Below are positions 28,320 through 39,415 of a stretch of DNA of 58,587 nucleotides, one piece after another. A model generated the notes under the pieces. It was not told the origin of the DNA and searched no databases. It worked only from the letters and a program-made list of their open reading frames with translations. Made by a program: the position numbers and the translations under genes. This DNA is from a virus (Duplodnaviria > Caudoviricetes): positions 1 through 58,587 of IMG/VR virus record IMGVR_UViG_3300024259_000036; one strand, 5' to 3'. The first letter of the stretch is position 1. Each line of letters opens with the position of its first letter.

Positions 28320-28762
28320 CTTATGGCGACATTTGATCAATGGCTTATAACAGAGGAATCTTATCCTGGGAATATTGGAATTATGGAGATTATTGCTTTC
28401 TATAAGAAAGCATCCAATAAAGAAGTTAAAGAGATGGAGAAGGTTGCAAAAAAGAAAGATTGGGAAGGATTTAAAAAGATCATTAAGGATGTTACAGGAG
28501 TTGACTTGGTATGAAAGTTAAAGAATACTTAACAGAGGCTACTGCTATGAAATGGACTGATAAGACACCTACTAAGAAAGGTCATTATTGGGTAAGGAAT
28601 GTTGATGGTAAAACTAAGAAGTTTATTGTATATTTTGATGGTAAGTATGTAGAAACAACATTAGGTAAAATGCTAATGAAGGATTTTTTGCCTGATAAAA
28701 GGGGATTTTCTGGTACTGAGCGTCAATGGGCTGGTCCACTTCCTGAACCGAAAGATTAAAAA

Positions 28763-29014
28763 ATGAAAGTTATTTTTAAAAAACTTAGAGAGATTAAAAA
28801 TAAGAGATATGATAGTGAGATAGTTCGTTTTTCTCTTAGTAAGGAAATGGAGTATTTGTTTGATGGTGTTACAGTAAGGGAAGTATGGAAAGAAAAAGAT
28901 TACTATAGATATACAGATAGAAATGATAAAGCAACTGAATGGTATATTGATGAAAGTTGGTTTAAAAAGGATGATTTTAGTGATATAGAAAGGATGTTCA
29001 ATATAGAATTATGA
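28763..29014 (+). CDS. Hypothetical protein, VIFKKL paralog family
   Basis: VIFKKL..MEYLFDGVTVREV..WF. Confidence 0.7.
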   Translation: MKVIFKKLREIKNKRYDSEIVRFSLSKEMEYLFDGVTVREVWKEKDYYRYTDRNDKATEWYIDESWFKKDDFSDIERMFNIEL

Positions 29015-29162
29015 ATGAAAAATGTGAACATGATATATTAGATGAAGATTATTTATATCAATATCAGTGTGAAACACCATACTGCACAGTAACAGAAGAA
29101 AAATGTTTACAATGTGGGTGTTTTATAGTATCATGTGGATGTGGATATAATAATGACGTTAG

Positions 29163-29238
29163 GGAGATTTAGCTTAATTGGGAAAGCTCTGGTGTGAAGT
29201 ACCAGGATGAATCCGTTCGATTCGGATAATCTCCACCA
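29163..29238 (+). tRNA. tRNA-Phe(GAA)
   Basis: Cloverleaf, CCA. Confidence 0.85.
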
Positions 29239-29241
29239 TTT

Positions 29242-29315
29242 CCTCCTGTAGCTCAAAAGTAGAGCGTAGTCCTTATAAGGCTGTGACGAAGGAGCGTTAC
29301 CTTCCAGGAGGACCA
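29242..29315 (+). tRNA. tRNA-Ile(TAT)
   Basis: TAGTC-CT-TAT-AA-GGCTG, A73, CCA. Confidence 0.82.
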
Positions 29316-29322
29316 AAATTAT

Positions 29323-29391
29323 GTCCCTACTCACTGGGGTGGATGATCGGCTGCAACCCGATTAATTAGGGTTCGATTCCCTATAGGGACT
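29323..29391 (+). tRNA. tRNA-Cys(GCA), non-canonical, no encoded CCA
   Basis: GTCCCTA/TAGGGAC-T, GATCGG-CT-GCA-AC-CCGATT. Confidence 0.75.
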
Positions 29392-29469
29392 AAATTCAGT
29401 TTTCATAAATATTGAACTTTTATATAAATAGGTATATAACAAATCTAATTTATAGGAGAGTTCGAGAAA

Positions 29470-30147
29470 ATGACGAAATATCTAGTATATAAAATAACCA
29501 ACAATATTAATAATAAAATCTATATAGGTGTTCACCAAACAAAAGATGTAAATGATGATTATATGGGTTCTGGTAAAGTATTAAAACGTGCTATTAATAA
29601 GTACGGTGTTAAATATTTTATCAAAGAAATACTATATGAATGTGAAACACAAGAGGAAATGTTACAAAGAGAAACGGATATTGTTAATAAGGAATTTGTA
29701 AGAAGGAAAGATACTTACAATATCAATTTAGGTGGTTATGGTGGATTTTACTGCCTTAATGATGGTAGTAAAGAACATATTGAAAGATGTACGAAAGGTG
29801 GTAAAAGAGGTGGTAAAACAAGTGGTAAAATACACGCTGAGAAATTAAAAAATGATAAAAAATACTTGAAAGAATTTTCTGAGAAATCGTCATTTTCAAT
29901 GAAAGAAAAGATAAAAAATGGTTTGATAAATCCTGGCTTGAATTTCAAAGGTTGTAAACATACAGATGAATCAAAAGCAAAGATAGGTAAGGCAAATTCC
30001 ATATATCAAACAGGTGAAGGCAATTCTCAATATGGTAAATGTTGGATATATTCAGAGGTAGAAAAGAGAAGTAAGTCAATTAAAAAGGAAGAATTAGATC
30101 AGTGGCTAGAACAAGAATGGTTGAAAGGTAGAAAGATGAAATGGTAA
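29470..30147 (+). mobile_element. GIY-YIG (Seg-like) homing endonuclease
   Basis: LVYKITN..IYIGVH..YMGSG..AINKYG..KEIL..YNINLGG. Confidence 0.9.
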
Positions 30148-30154
30148 AATTTGC

Positions 30155-30227
30155 CGCAGGTAGCTCTGGTGAGCCGCCGAGACTCATAATCTTGGAAAGC
30201 AGGGTTCAAATCCCTGACCTGCCTCCA
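30155..30227 (+). tRNA. tRNA-Met(CAT), initiator-like, non-canonical
   Basis: C1:C72 mismatch; paralog of the 12382-12454 tRNA. Confidence 0.8.
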
Positions 30228-30233
30228 AAATAT

Positions 30234-30306
30234 GGCAACACCTTATGGTAAGGACTTACGGCTCATATTCGTGATGTTCGGGGATCGTTACCCCGTGTTG
30301 CTTCCA
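30234..30306 (+). tRNA. tRNA-Met/Ile2(CAT), non-canonical
   Basis: GGCAACA/TGTTGCT, TTACGG-CT-CAT-AT-TCGTGA, CCA. Confidence 0.7.
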
Positions 30307-30318
30307 AAGGGGATAACA

Positions 30319-30624
30319 ATGAAAGTATATCTTGACGATGTAAGGATACCTTCCAGTGATTGGAAACTAGTTAAATGGCCCAATGAAGCAATCAAGTTAC
30401 TCAAGACAGGAAAGGTAACAGAAATAAGTCTTGATCATGATTTGGGTAATGATAGAAAAGGTACTGGTAATGATGTAATACTATGGATGGAAGAAAAGGT
30501 AATTAATTCAAGTTTTATACCTCCTAAGATTCATATACATACAGCCAATTCATCTGCCCGTAGTAAAATGGAAAAGGGAGTTAAAAGTATATTAAAACAT
30601 TATCATGAAGGCAATAAGAGGTAA
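30319..30624 (+). CDS. Cyclic-phosphate-processing receiver-domain protein
   Basis: MKVYLDDVR..ISLDHDLG..TG.DV..W..IHTAN..M. Confidence 0.8.
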   Translation: MKVYLDDVRIPSSDWKLVKWPNEAIKLLKTGKVTEISLDHDLGNDRKGTGNDVILWMEEKVINSSFIPPKIHIHTANSSARSKMEKGVKSILKHYHEGNKR

Positions 30625-31076
30625 CATTATGGATCCTGTAACTTCATTTTATGTGGTGTTAATTGTGTTAACCTTTGTAATCTGGTTAATCTTTACTAGT
30701 TGGAAATGAAATGAATAATATATTTGTGATGTCATGGGATTATAGGGCTTATTATGATTTCCTAAGAAATTTACCTTTAGAATATAAAACATCTGGATAT
30801 ATTTATGTATATCTTAATGATTTAGACGCTTTAAGGGGCATTTCACATGTTGATATTATTAAACTGAATGGTTGGGAAAATAATATAGCATATACAGATA
30901 AATTTTGTAAAGAGTTAGAACATTTTCATACACCCAATTATATCAATTGTATTTATCCCATACCTGATCCCATCCTAGAATTATTCTCCAAGCCTCTATA
31001 AAAGGCTCCACAATCTTTCAGTTTACAATTCTAAATATATATGATAAAATAATCCTATAAACTAAAAGGAGACCTA

Positions 31077-31793
31077 ATGGCAACACAAGAGGAAAGGGAA
31101 GAAAATATATATAAAGAGATTATTGACCCCGATTATCCTCTACTTGTAGAATTCAAAGAAAAGGCACCTGGCACCTACCGACACTGTAATAACATTCTGA
31201 CCTTCTGTGAATCTGTTGCTAAAGAATTGGATTTGAATGTAGACTTGATGAGGGCAGCAGCACTTTACCATGATATAGGTAAAATGAACAGTCCAAAAGT
31301 TTTCAGTGAGAATCAAAACGGTACAAACATACATGACTCACTGGAACCAAAGACTTCATATCATTTGATAACAAGACATGTGGGGGATGGTATATTGATA
31401 CTTCTTCAAATACCTGATATGACCATTGAATTGTTAAATGTCATATCCCAGCATCATGGTAACACCGTATTAAAATACTTCTATGATAAGGATGATGTGG
31501 ATGAAGATAAGTATAGATACAAGTCCTCTGCTCCAACCACCTTAGAATCATCTGTTATTATGATTGCTGATTCAGTGGAAGCAACTGCGAGATCACTATT
31601 CAACAATGGAAAAATGGGTGATTCCGAGGATAAGAAGAAAGTGGTTAGTAAAACAGTTGATAAATTAATTAACGATAATCAACTGGATGAATTGAAGGTT
31701 GGTGACTTGAAGAAAATTAAGAATGTGTTACATAAAGAACTCCAAACTATGTATCATAAAAGGGAAGATTACGAAAAGGAGGAAGATGAATAA
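31077..31793 (+). CDS. Stand-alone HD phosphohydrolase, PgpH/7TM-HD C-terminal type
   Basis: APGTYRH, YHDIGKM..F.ENQ, HD.L.P, QHHG, YRY, ADSVEA.ARSL. Confidence 0.85.
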   Translation: MATQEEREENIYKEIIDPDYPLLVEFKEKAPGTYRHCNNILTFCESVAKELDLNVDLMRAAALYHDIGKMNSPKVFSENQNGTNIHDSLEPKTSYHLITRHVGDGILILLQIPDMTIELLNVISQHHGNTVLKYFYDKDDVDEDKYRYKSSAPTTLESSVIMIADSVEATARSLFNNGKMGDSEDKKKVVSKTVDKLINDNQLDELKVGDLKKIKNVLHKELQTMYHKREDYEKEEDE

Positions 31794-32339
31794 TGATAGG
31801 TGCCATTTTGGATGCTTTAGTATATTCACTTTTGTTTTATTTTCATTTTTATCTTATTTCAATAACTGCAATCGTTTGTATATCAATGATCATAGCTGTA
31901 ATATCTGCAAATAAATGGGGGAATTAAAATGTTAGAGAAAAAGGTAGAGCAATCCAATACCCTTAATTATATAAAGGATTATAATTCTCATTGGGAAAAT
32001 ATGGTAAGTAAAATTGTGGAAGATATCTATGTAAGTGGACCAGCATTCAAAAGTGCTTATGCTTCCAATTCTAAAAAAGTTTTCAAGAGAATAAATAGTA
32101 AAATGAAGGTGTCTCCTATTGACTTGAAGGAGACTATACATGCTTTTTATATGAGAATGGTACCACAAATGACTCCAGATGATGGGCCTAGAAGAGGAGT
32201 AGCATAATGGAATACTATTGTGATAAATGTGATAACCCAATGGTTTATGTTTGTATGGAAGGGAAGAAATATAAACATGTTTGTATCAATTGTTATAAAA
32301 TAGAATATCTTGATAAAATGTATCCAGAAAGGAATCCAA

Positions 32340-34127
32340 ATGATAAACAAACTTAAAGAATATGATGCGGCATATTACAATGATGGTACTTCTTCCATGT
32401 CAGATAAAGAATATGATGATTTAAAGGATATAGCAAAAAAGGAATATCCTGATGATCCATATTTCTTAACAGTGGGTTCATCTGAAGGTAGCAAAGTTAA
32501 ATTACCTTATATACTAGGTAGTCTCAATAAGGTGAAACCCGAAAGTGTTGATAAATGGTTAGATAAATATCCCGAAGATTTTTGTGTAAGTCAAAAGTTA
32601 GATGGTGTAAGTATTTTTGTTAGATATAATAATGGTGGAGTGGAATTTGCCTGTACTAGAGGTGATGGAGAGTATGGTAAAGACATCACTAATAAGGCAA
32701 GAATATTCTGTAAACCTATTAAAAACAGAAGTCTTATGGAATTGCGTGGTGAAGCAATGCTCTTGGGTGATACATATAAAGACCTGGGATTTAAAACAGC
32801 AAGAAATGGTGTTGCTGGTATACTCAATAGAGATGAAACAGATGAAGTTAAACATATCACACCTTATTTTTATGAACTAATACAATATGCTGAATTAAGA
32901 ACGGTTAGTGAGTATGAAAGGTTTGTATTGATTGAGAGTTTGGGTTTAAAAGTTCCTGAATGGACAGTATTGAAAGAATTTGATAAAGATATTGTTATGT
33001 CTTTAATGAATACAACAGAATATGAGGTCGATGGTGTTGTATTAACAGTGAATGAAAATATAAGAGAAAATGTCAAATATCCTGATAATAAAGTAGCATA
33101 TAAAGTTCAAGGAAAGTCAATAAAATCAAGGGTTAAGGAAGTTAAATGGAATGTTGGCAGAACAGGACGAATTATACCTGTGGTTATCATAGATGAAGTT
33201 GAAATAGGTGGTGCCAAGATCAACAGAACAACAGGTTTTAATGCAAAATTCATTAATGATAATTATATAGTGAAAGGGACAGATATTGAAGTGGTTAGAA
33301 GTGGTGATGTTATACCTTATATAACAAAGGTTAACAATAAACCTTTACCAGACAGTAGGAATTTTCATATGCCACGAACTTGCCCCTCCTGTGGTGGATG
33401 TATAGAGTGGAAGGGTGTTGATCTTATATGTACCAATGATGCTTGTAATTCAAGGGTACTTAAAAAATTAGAATTCTTTTTAAGAAACTTGGGTGTTGAA
33501 AACATTACAACGGTGACATTGGAAAAACTTGGTGTGTTTTATATCGAGGATTTGTATGACCTTAATGAGTTTGAAATTGCTGAAATAGAAGGATTTGGTA
33601 TAAAAAGTGGTGAAATGATAGTCAATGAAATTAATAAAACTCTAAATACCACACAAGAGAAATTATTAGCATCATTTGGTATACCCGGTGTAGGTAAGAG
33701 AATGTCCAAGAACATTTTGAAATGTTTTGGAAGCATTGAGAAATTATTTGAAGTTAGTGAAATGGATTTACAAGAGTGTGATGGTGTGGGTCCTAAGATA
33801 GCACGTAATATTATGAAGAATATTATAAAGTGTTGGGATCTATATGACCATCTTGTTCATAATGTTGGGATGAAATTTATAAATGAGGAAAATAATATGT
33901 TACTGGAAAATAAAAAAATTACCCTTACAGGTAAAGGGGAAATGGGTAGAAAAGAACTTCAAGCAATGATTGAATTAGCAGGTGGTACTGTTAGTGGTAT
34001 AAGTAAAACAACTGATTATCTTGTAACCAATGATATTAATTCACAATCAGGTAAAATGAAAAAAGCTAGGGAATATGATATCCAGATTATATCCTATGAG
34101 GATTTAATGGATATATTGGAAAAATAA
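32340..34127 (+). CDS. ligA: NAD-dependent DNA ligase
   Basis: AYYN..SDKEYD, KLDG, TRGDG..G.DIT, OB fold, Zn finger, HhH, BRCT. Confidence 0.95.
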   Translation: MINKLKEYDAAYYNDGTSSMSDKEYDDLKDIAKKEYPDDPYFLTVGSSEGSKVKLPYILGSLNKVKPESVDKWLDKYPEDFCVSQKLDGVSIFVRYNNGGVEFACTRGDGEYGKDITNKARIFCKPIKNRSLMELRGEAMLLGDTYKDLGFKTARNGVAGILNRDETDEVKHITPYFYELIQYAELRTVSEYERFVLIESLGLKVPEWTVLKEFDKDIVMSLMNTTEYEVDGVVLTVNENIRENVKYPDNKVAYKVQGKSIKSRVKEVKWNVGRTGRIIPVVIIDEVEIGGAKINRTTGFNAKFINDNYIVKGTDIEVVRSGDVIPYITKVNNKPLPDSRNFHMPRTCPSCGGCIEWKGVDLICTNDACNSRVLKKLEFFLRNLGVENITTVTLEKLGVFYIEDLYDLNEFEIAEIEGFGIKSGEMIVNEINKTLNTTQEKLLASFGIPGVGKRMSKNILKCFGSIEKLFEVSEMDLQECDGVGPKIARNIMKNIIKCWDLYDHLVHNVGMKFINEENNMLLENKKITLTGKGEMGRKELQAMIELAGGTVSGISKTTDYLVTNDINSQSGKMKKAREYDIQIISYEDLMDILEK

Positions 34128-34191
34128 TGATCTATGTATAGAGCATAAAGCGGTCTTATGGGCTATATATAGATCACGAAAGGAGATACTT

Positions 34192-34782
34192 ATGAAATTT
34201 ACTGATTGGATGAAATATAAGGATATAAATGATTATAAAATATTAGAGAAAAGGATTCTTATAGATAATGAGAAGCATTGGTTTGCACCTAAATCTATAG
34301 ATGATAAGTTATGGTATGAAGGTGGTACTCTTTTACAGGAATATTATTCATTAAATGGTGAACTGTTAAAGGAAGGTGTATCACCAGATCAAATGGGTTT
34401 GGATAAGTTTAAAGGTGGTATCATAGTATTCTCAACAGATGTAAATGCTGTTAAAGTATCCAAATCCAAATTAGTGTCATGGTTTAAGAGTAAATATGAG
34501 ACATTTTATAATAGATTGATGAAGAATAAAAAACTTAGTAATATCATAACTTCTAAATTTTCAAAAGATATAGGTTCATTCACAATAGGTAATTTCTTTA
34601 AAGGTAGATATGTGGAGAATGGAAAAACTTTTGATGAGAAATCCACAAGTATTGAGATACTTGGTGTACCTTCAGAGGTATTGGTAAGACTAGCAACTGA
34701 AATAGCAAGAAATTTTAACCAATCAACTGTATTACTTAAAGATAAGAATACTAATAAAAATATATTAATAGATAAGAAATAA
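34192..34782 (+). CDS. Hypothetical protein; C-terminus reminiscent of phage SAM-lyase fold
   Basis: GRYVE..DEKS..LA..FNQSTVL. Confidence 0.4.
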   Translation: MKFTDWMKYKDINDYKILEKRILIDNEKHWFAPKSIDDKLWYEGGTLLQEYYSLNGELLKEGVSPDQMGLDKFKGGIIVFSTDVNAVKVSKSKLVSWFKSKYETFYNRLMKNKKLSNIITSKFSKDIGSFTIGNFFKGRYVENGKTFDEKSTSIEILGVPSEVLVRLATEIARNFNQSTVLLKDKNTNKNILIDKK

Positions 34783-35265
34783 GGAGATATATAATGGGAC
34801 TTTGCGAGCGTTGTCGTACCATACTACCAGCACATATAATGTTTATGACTGAAAAGGGTGAACAAATATGTGCTTATTGTAAAACAGGTAAGAGTATCAT
34901 AACATTAGAGGATGATGCTGGAAATACTAGGAAACTTGATAAACAAGAGGCAGCTGGAAAATATAAAGAGTTTATGGATAATGTTATGAAAGGTCCTGAA
35001 GCAAAGAAATTCTTGGTAAAGGATGATAAATTAATAACATGATAACAATAGAAGATGCTAAAGCTATATACTTAAAGGTTACAGATGGAACAGAGGTTAA
35101 TGATAATTATGTAACTACAAAAGAGTTTCCAGCAAAATGTCGTAGAACAATACATCAAGGTGGAGCAGTATATGGAGTATTAACAAGAGATGATAAAGAG
35201 CAATTAGATAGAATAGAAGCAATGTTAATACAATTAAAAGGATATATAGATTTTGATTAAGAAAG

Positions 35266-35781
35266 GTGATTACAATGCAAACAATATTACTAAATGCAGA
35301 TTATTCCTATTTAAGCAGTGTTAAGTGGGAAAAGGCAATTTGCTTAATGGTTAAGGGTAAGGTACAAGTATTGAAATATACTAAAAGGGTTATCAGTAAC
35401 TTTGATGGTTCTGTAACAATGAAAGTGCCTTCAGTTATTAAACTAGTTAAATTCATTAGAACCCTTTTCCGCACTAAGGTTCCGTTCAGTAAAAGGAATG
35501 TTATAATTCGGGATGAATTCAAGTGTGCTTATTGTGGTGAAAAGTCTAAGAAATTGACTATTGACCATGTTCTACCTAGATCAAAGGGTGGTAAATCTTC
35601 ATTTGAAAATTGTGTCGCATCTTGTAAAGCATGTAACTCCAGAAAAGGAAACAGATTGTGCAATGATATCAAAATGTTTCCTAAGGTAAAGACATACCAA
35701 CCAACAATTTCAGAGTTCTTAATGATGAAGTTGAAGAATCTTGGTATTGATCAAACCCTGAAAGACTTAGGAGTATTTTAA
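35266..35781 (+). CDS. HNH endonuclease (McrA-like)
   Basis: LLNADY, RDEFKCAYCG..TIDHVLPRSKGG..NCVASC..CN. Confidence 0.9.
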   Translation: MITMQTILLNADYSYLSSVKWEKAICLMVKGKVQVLKYTKRVISNFDGSVTMKVPSVIKLVKFIRTLFRTKVPFSKRNVIIRDEFKCAYCGEKSKKLTIDHVLPRSKGGKSSFENCVASCKACNSRKGNRLCNDIKMFPKVKTYQPTISEFLMMKLKNLGIDQTLKDLGVF

Positions 35782-35806
35782 AGAAAGGAGAAAAGGAGAA
35801 TAAAAT

Positions 35807-36913
35807 ATGTCAAAAAGTAAAAAGTTGTTACCTATCAAAACCCCCTCAAGAATTGGATTCCTTGCTTTCATAGGCGACCAAGGAGGTTGTGGAGTTCTAA
35901 GAACCATGACCCCTTATCTTCTTCTCAATTATTTGAACTTACCAGATGTACCTATACATTCTAGTTGGTTCTCTCAATATATTGGGGATGTTAATTTCTA
36001 TAAAAACTTTTCGTTCATTCAGTTTCAACGATCAGCAACAGAGAAGCACCTACAAATCCATAGAAACTTTCGTAAAACCATCCAAACACAGCATAAGATC
36101 CCTTTAGTATATGAAATTGATGACCTATTAATGGATATACCTAAGTGGAACTTTGCTCATTTATATTATAAAGATAATGTCCATCATATTGAAACTATGA
36201 TGAGGGAATCTGATGCTATTGTTGTATCAACCCATCCATTAAGAAAAGTTTATGAAAAATATAATAAGAATGTGAAGGTTATACCTAACCACCTAGCAAA
36301 GTTCATATGGGGTAATATACAAGCTAAGCATGAAGTATATAACGATGAAAAGGTAAGAATACTGTGGGCAGGAAGTCAAAATCATTTTAAACATCCTACT
36401 ATGAAGAATTCCCCTGATGGTGGTGATTTTGGTGTAAAGTTAATGGATTTTATTAAGAAAACTTCTGATATATATAAATGGGTGTTTATGGGTGCCTTAC
36501 CTATAGAATTGGAAGAGGTCAAAGATAAAATAGAGTTCCATACTTGGAAAAATACATTTGAATATCCAAATTATTTGAAATCCTTAAATGCTGATATAGG
36601 CATCGCTCCCTTAGAGAAAGGAATATTCAATGATTGTAAAAGTAATATAAAAGCATTAGAGTTTACAGCTAGTGGTATACCTGGTATATACAGTAATGTT
36701 GCTCCTTACAATACAATGACTATAAAATGCGATACAGAAGAATATATGATTAGTAAGATAGAGGAATTGGCAGGTGATGTGGAACTGAGGATGGAAACCT
36801 GGTATAAAGATTATAATACATTGAAGGATCAGTTATGGTGGGAGGACAATGATAACTTAAAGAAATATGTTAATACTTATCTATCATTGATGAATAGAAA
36901 GTTACCAAATTAA
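35807..36913 (+). CDS. GT-B glycosyltransferase
   Basis: GCG..R, YEIDD, VIPN, WAGS..H, DIGIAPL..FN.CKSNIK.LE. Confidence 0.8.
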   Translation: MSKSKKLLPIKTPSRIGFLAFIGDQGGCGVLRTMTPYLLLNYLNLPDVPIHSSWFSQYIGDVNFYKNFSFIQFQRSATEKHLQIHRNFRKTIQTQHKIPLVYEIDDLLMDIPKWNFAHLYYKDNVHHIETMMRESDAIVVSTHPLRKVYEKYNKNVKVIPNHLAKFIWGNIQAKHEVYNDEKVRILWAGSQNHFKHPTMKNSPDGGDFGVKLMDFIKKTSDIYKWVFMGALPIELEEVKDKIEFHTWKNTFEYPNYLKSLNADIGIAPLEKGIFNDCKSNIKALEFTASGIPGIYSNVAPYNTMTIKCDTEEYMISKIEELAGDVELRMETWYKDYNTLKDQLWWEDNDNLKKYVNTYLSLMNRKLPN

Positions 36914-37191
36914 TGTTTACAACCTGTAGAAATTATTATATAATGTAAGGAAAAAGGAGAAAAAATTATGGGATATGAAGGGAAAATAAGAGTAAATAAG
37001 AGTTATGAAGATATAGGTATTAGTGATAGATTGTATATTGCAGAGTTAGCCTTTCAACTGTTTAAGCATATAAAAACAAGATCATATAATGATTGTTATG
37101 ACACAATTGTTAGAAAAGTTATTAATGAAAGGGATATTCTACCAACTTGCGAACATAAACATACTTGTTGTAGACCTCACCACCATTAAAA

Positions 37192-37785
37192 ATGTATGAA
37201 CCTATTGACATATATATAGCATTTAGAAAAGCACAAGCAGATGCTTCCAATAGAGGATATAGGATTCCAAAGAATTTTGAGAAACACATGGAAACTAAAA
37301 TGTCCGCCAAAAACAGAGAAGCGTTACTGTTATCAACCAAATACTTTAACACTAAATGGAATAATATTAATATAGATAGATTCTTTGAATGTGGATTTGA
37401 AATCTTTAAGAGTTTCTCATATATGCAATTCTTTAATCAAAAGGTTCTGAACCTCTACAAGGTAAAGGATAAGAATCTTAAAAGGGAAATGGATGTGAAC
37501 AAGAAGGATTTATTGAAATCCTTTAAATGGGTTAAGCATTGGATATCAAAATATAATTATGAGGAGGAGATATTAGATTTAAGGGGTTATTGTAGGTTAA
37601 GGGATGGTAGTCGTAGTCAAGTTGTAGAACATTACTTACATAATCATATTGATAAATATTTTGTTGTTCAGATGATAGATAAAGGTTACCTAAAATTGAC
37701 AGATGAGGATAGGGCATTGGTACCATATATAGTAGAACAGTATAGGGAATGTTTATTCAAATTGGAGGAATTAAAATATGACTGA
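37192..37785 (+). CDS. Hypothetical protein, possibly helicase loader (gp59-like)
   Basis: Size, helical composition and position upstream of gp32; weak. Confidence 0.35.
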   Translation: MYEPIDIYIAFRKAQADASNRGYRIPKNFEKHMETKMSAKNREALLLSTKYFNTKWNNINIDRFFECGFEIFKSFSYMQFFNQKVLNLYKVKDKNLKREMDVNKKDLLKSFKWVKHWISKYNYEEEILDLRGYCRLRDGSRSQVVEHYLHNHIDKYFVVQMIDKGYLKLTDEDRALVPYIVEQYRECLFKLEELKYD

Positions 37786-38460
37786 TTATACGCATATACC
37801 CAATAATACTGACATTGATAAAGATGGAATACCAAAAAATACTGTTCCTATTATTTTAAGATTATGTGCTGATGCTAGAAGTGTTGATTGTCCATATACA
37901 GTTGAAATTAAAGTGGATACAGAATTTGTTAATTTTAAACAAATATTTTGTGGATATATGTATAAAAAGAAATAAAAAGAAATGAAAAGTAATTTATTAA
38001 CAAACAGTAGTATACCTACATGGTCAAATAACATACCAGTATTCAAATTCTGTTGCTTTTGTGGTAGAAGGTGGCAAACATTCTTTATTATAAAGGATGA
38101 TAATTATAAAGAATATTATGTTAATCAAGAACAATGTTTGCCATTTACAGATGATAAATGTCCTCTATGTACTGGTAGACTTGTTGATTATGAACCACCA
38201 GTGGATATGGAGTTAATAGTAAAATGAGTTGGCAATGGTATGAAAAGGACTTAGGTAATGGTAGTGTGGTTGGATGTTGGAGTACTGAACCTATAACACT
38301 TGGAATTAATAATGGTACAATAAGGATTGAGAGTGATAGTGATACTAATGTGTTGTATTTAAGTGGTTTAAGTAATATATATCTTATAGAAAGACCCATA
38401 GGTGATATAATATCAGCAGAAATTGAGGATTTAATTGAGGATTTATAAAGGAGGAATAAA

Positions 38461-39204
38461 ATGAGTGAATTTGGAGATTTGATTGTAAAGGAAGAAGAAC
38501 AAGATGATGATGTTATAACTACTAAAGATCCTACTGAACCTATTACTAATCATATAGCATTTGTAATGGATCATAGTGGTTCTATGTCTAATATGGCTGA
38601 TATTTCAAGAACAAATTTTAATGAACAATTGGCTCAGATTAGAAAGGATTCAAATGAACAGGAGAACTTTGTTACCCTTATTGAATTCGATACTGATATT
38701 AATATTAAATGTAGAAATAAACATATTGATGCTATTAAATATCTTAAAGAATACTGGATTGGTGGAATGACAGCACTTTATGATGCTACTATGCAAGCAA
38801 TATCGAGTATTGAGAGTGATATGCCTAAAGAGGGCAATCATGCAGCATTAGTTGTAATTGTTACAGATGGTTATGAGAATGCTTCAATAGAGAATGGTGG
38901 TGAGAAGGGTAGATTGAGATTGAAGGATAGAATTACAAAACTTCAAGATACAGGTAAATGGACATTTGTTTTTATGGGTTCAGATCAAGATGTCTTGGAG
39001 ACTGCTGTTGAGAATATGGGTATTCATGCTGGTAATACTATGGCATATGCTTCAACACAAGATGGTGTAAGAGAATCAAATGCAGCATATAAAATGTCAT
39101 TTGATAATTATAGTATGTCAAGGAAGTATTCAGGTACAACAGGAATGACTGGAACTAAAGGATTTTTTGGAACCACAGGAGAATCTGGTAAGAAAGATGA
39201 GTGA
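38461..39204 (+). CDS. vWA domain protein
   Basis: DHSGSM, GMTALYDA, VTDGYENAS. Confidence 0.9.
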   Translation: MSEFGDLIVKEEEQDDDVITTKDPTEPITNHIAFVMDHSGSMSNMADISRTNFNEQLAQIRKDSNEQENFVTLIEFDTDINIKCRNKHIDAIKYLKEYWIGGMTALYDATMQAISSIESDMPKEGNHAALVVIVTDGYENASIENGGEKGRLRLKDRITKLQDTGKWTFVFMGSDQDVLETAVENMGIHAGNTMAYASTQDGVRESNAAYKMSFDNYSMSRKYSGTTGMTGTKGFFGTTGESGKKDE

Positions 39205-39415
39205 TCCATTATATGTTCACATAGGTAGAAATTCAACTAAATTAATGGAAGAATGTGCTGAATTGATTAAAGCAGTATCAAAACTTGAAAGATTTGGTAA
39301 TACTTCCTATTATGATGTATCTAATTTAGAAATATTGGAGGCTGAATGGGAAGATGTAAAATATGCCTATGGACAATATATAAATGAATTAAATTTGGAG
39401 GAGGATGTAAAATGA
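39197..39415 (+). CDS. MazG-like nucleotide pyrophosphohydrolase
   Basis: EECAEL..SK..RFG..EWEDV. Confidence 0.6.
   Translation: MSDPLYVHIGRNSTKLMEECAELIKAVSKLERFGNTSYYDVSNLEILEAEWEDVKYAYGQYINELNLEEDVK

Noticed and set aside
23867-30318. ORF-track entries overlapping tRNAs (23867, 24535, 27067, 29131, 5' parts of 24070, 24799, 30232)
   Set aside because: They translate tRNA sequence; spurious or over-extended.
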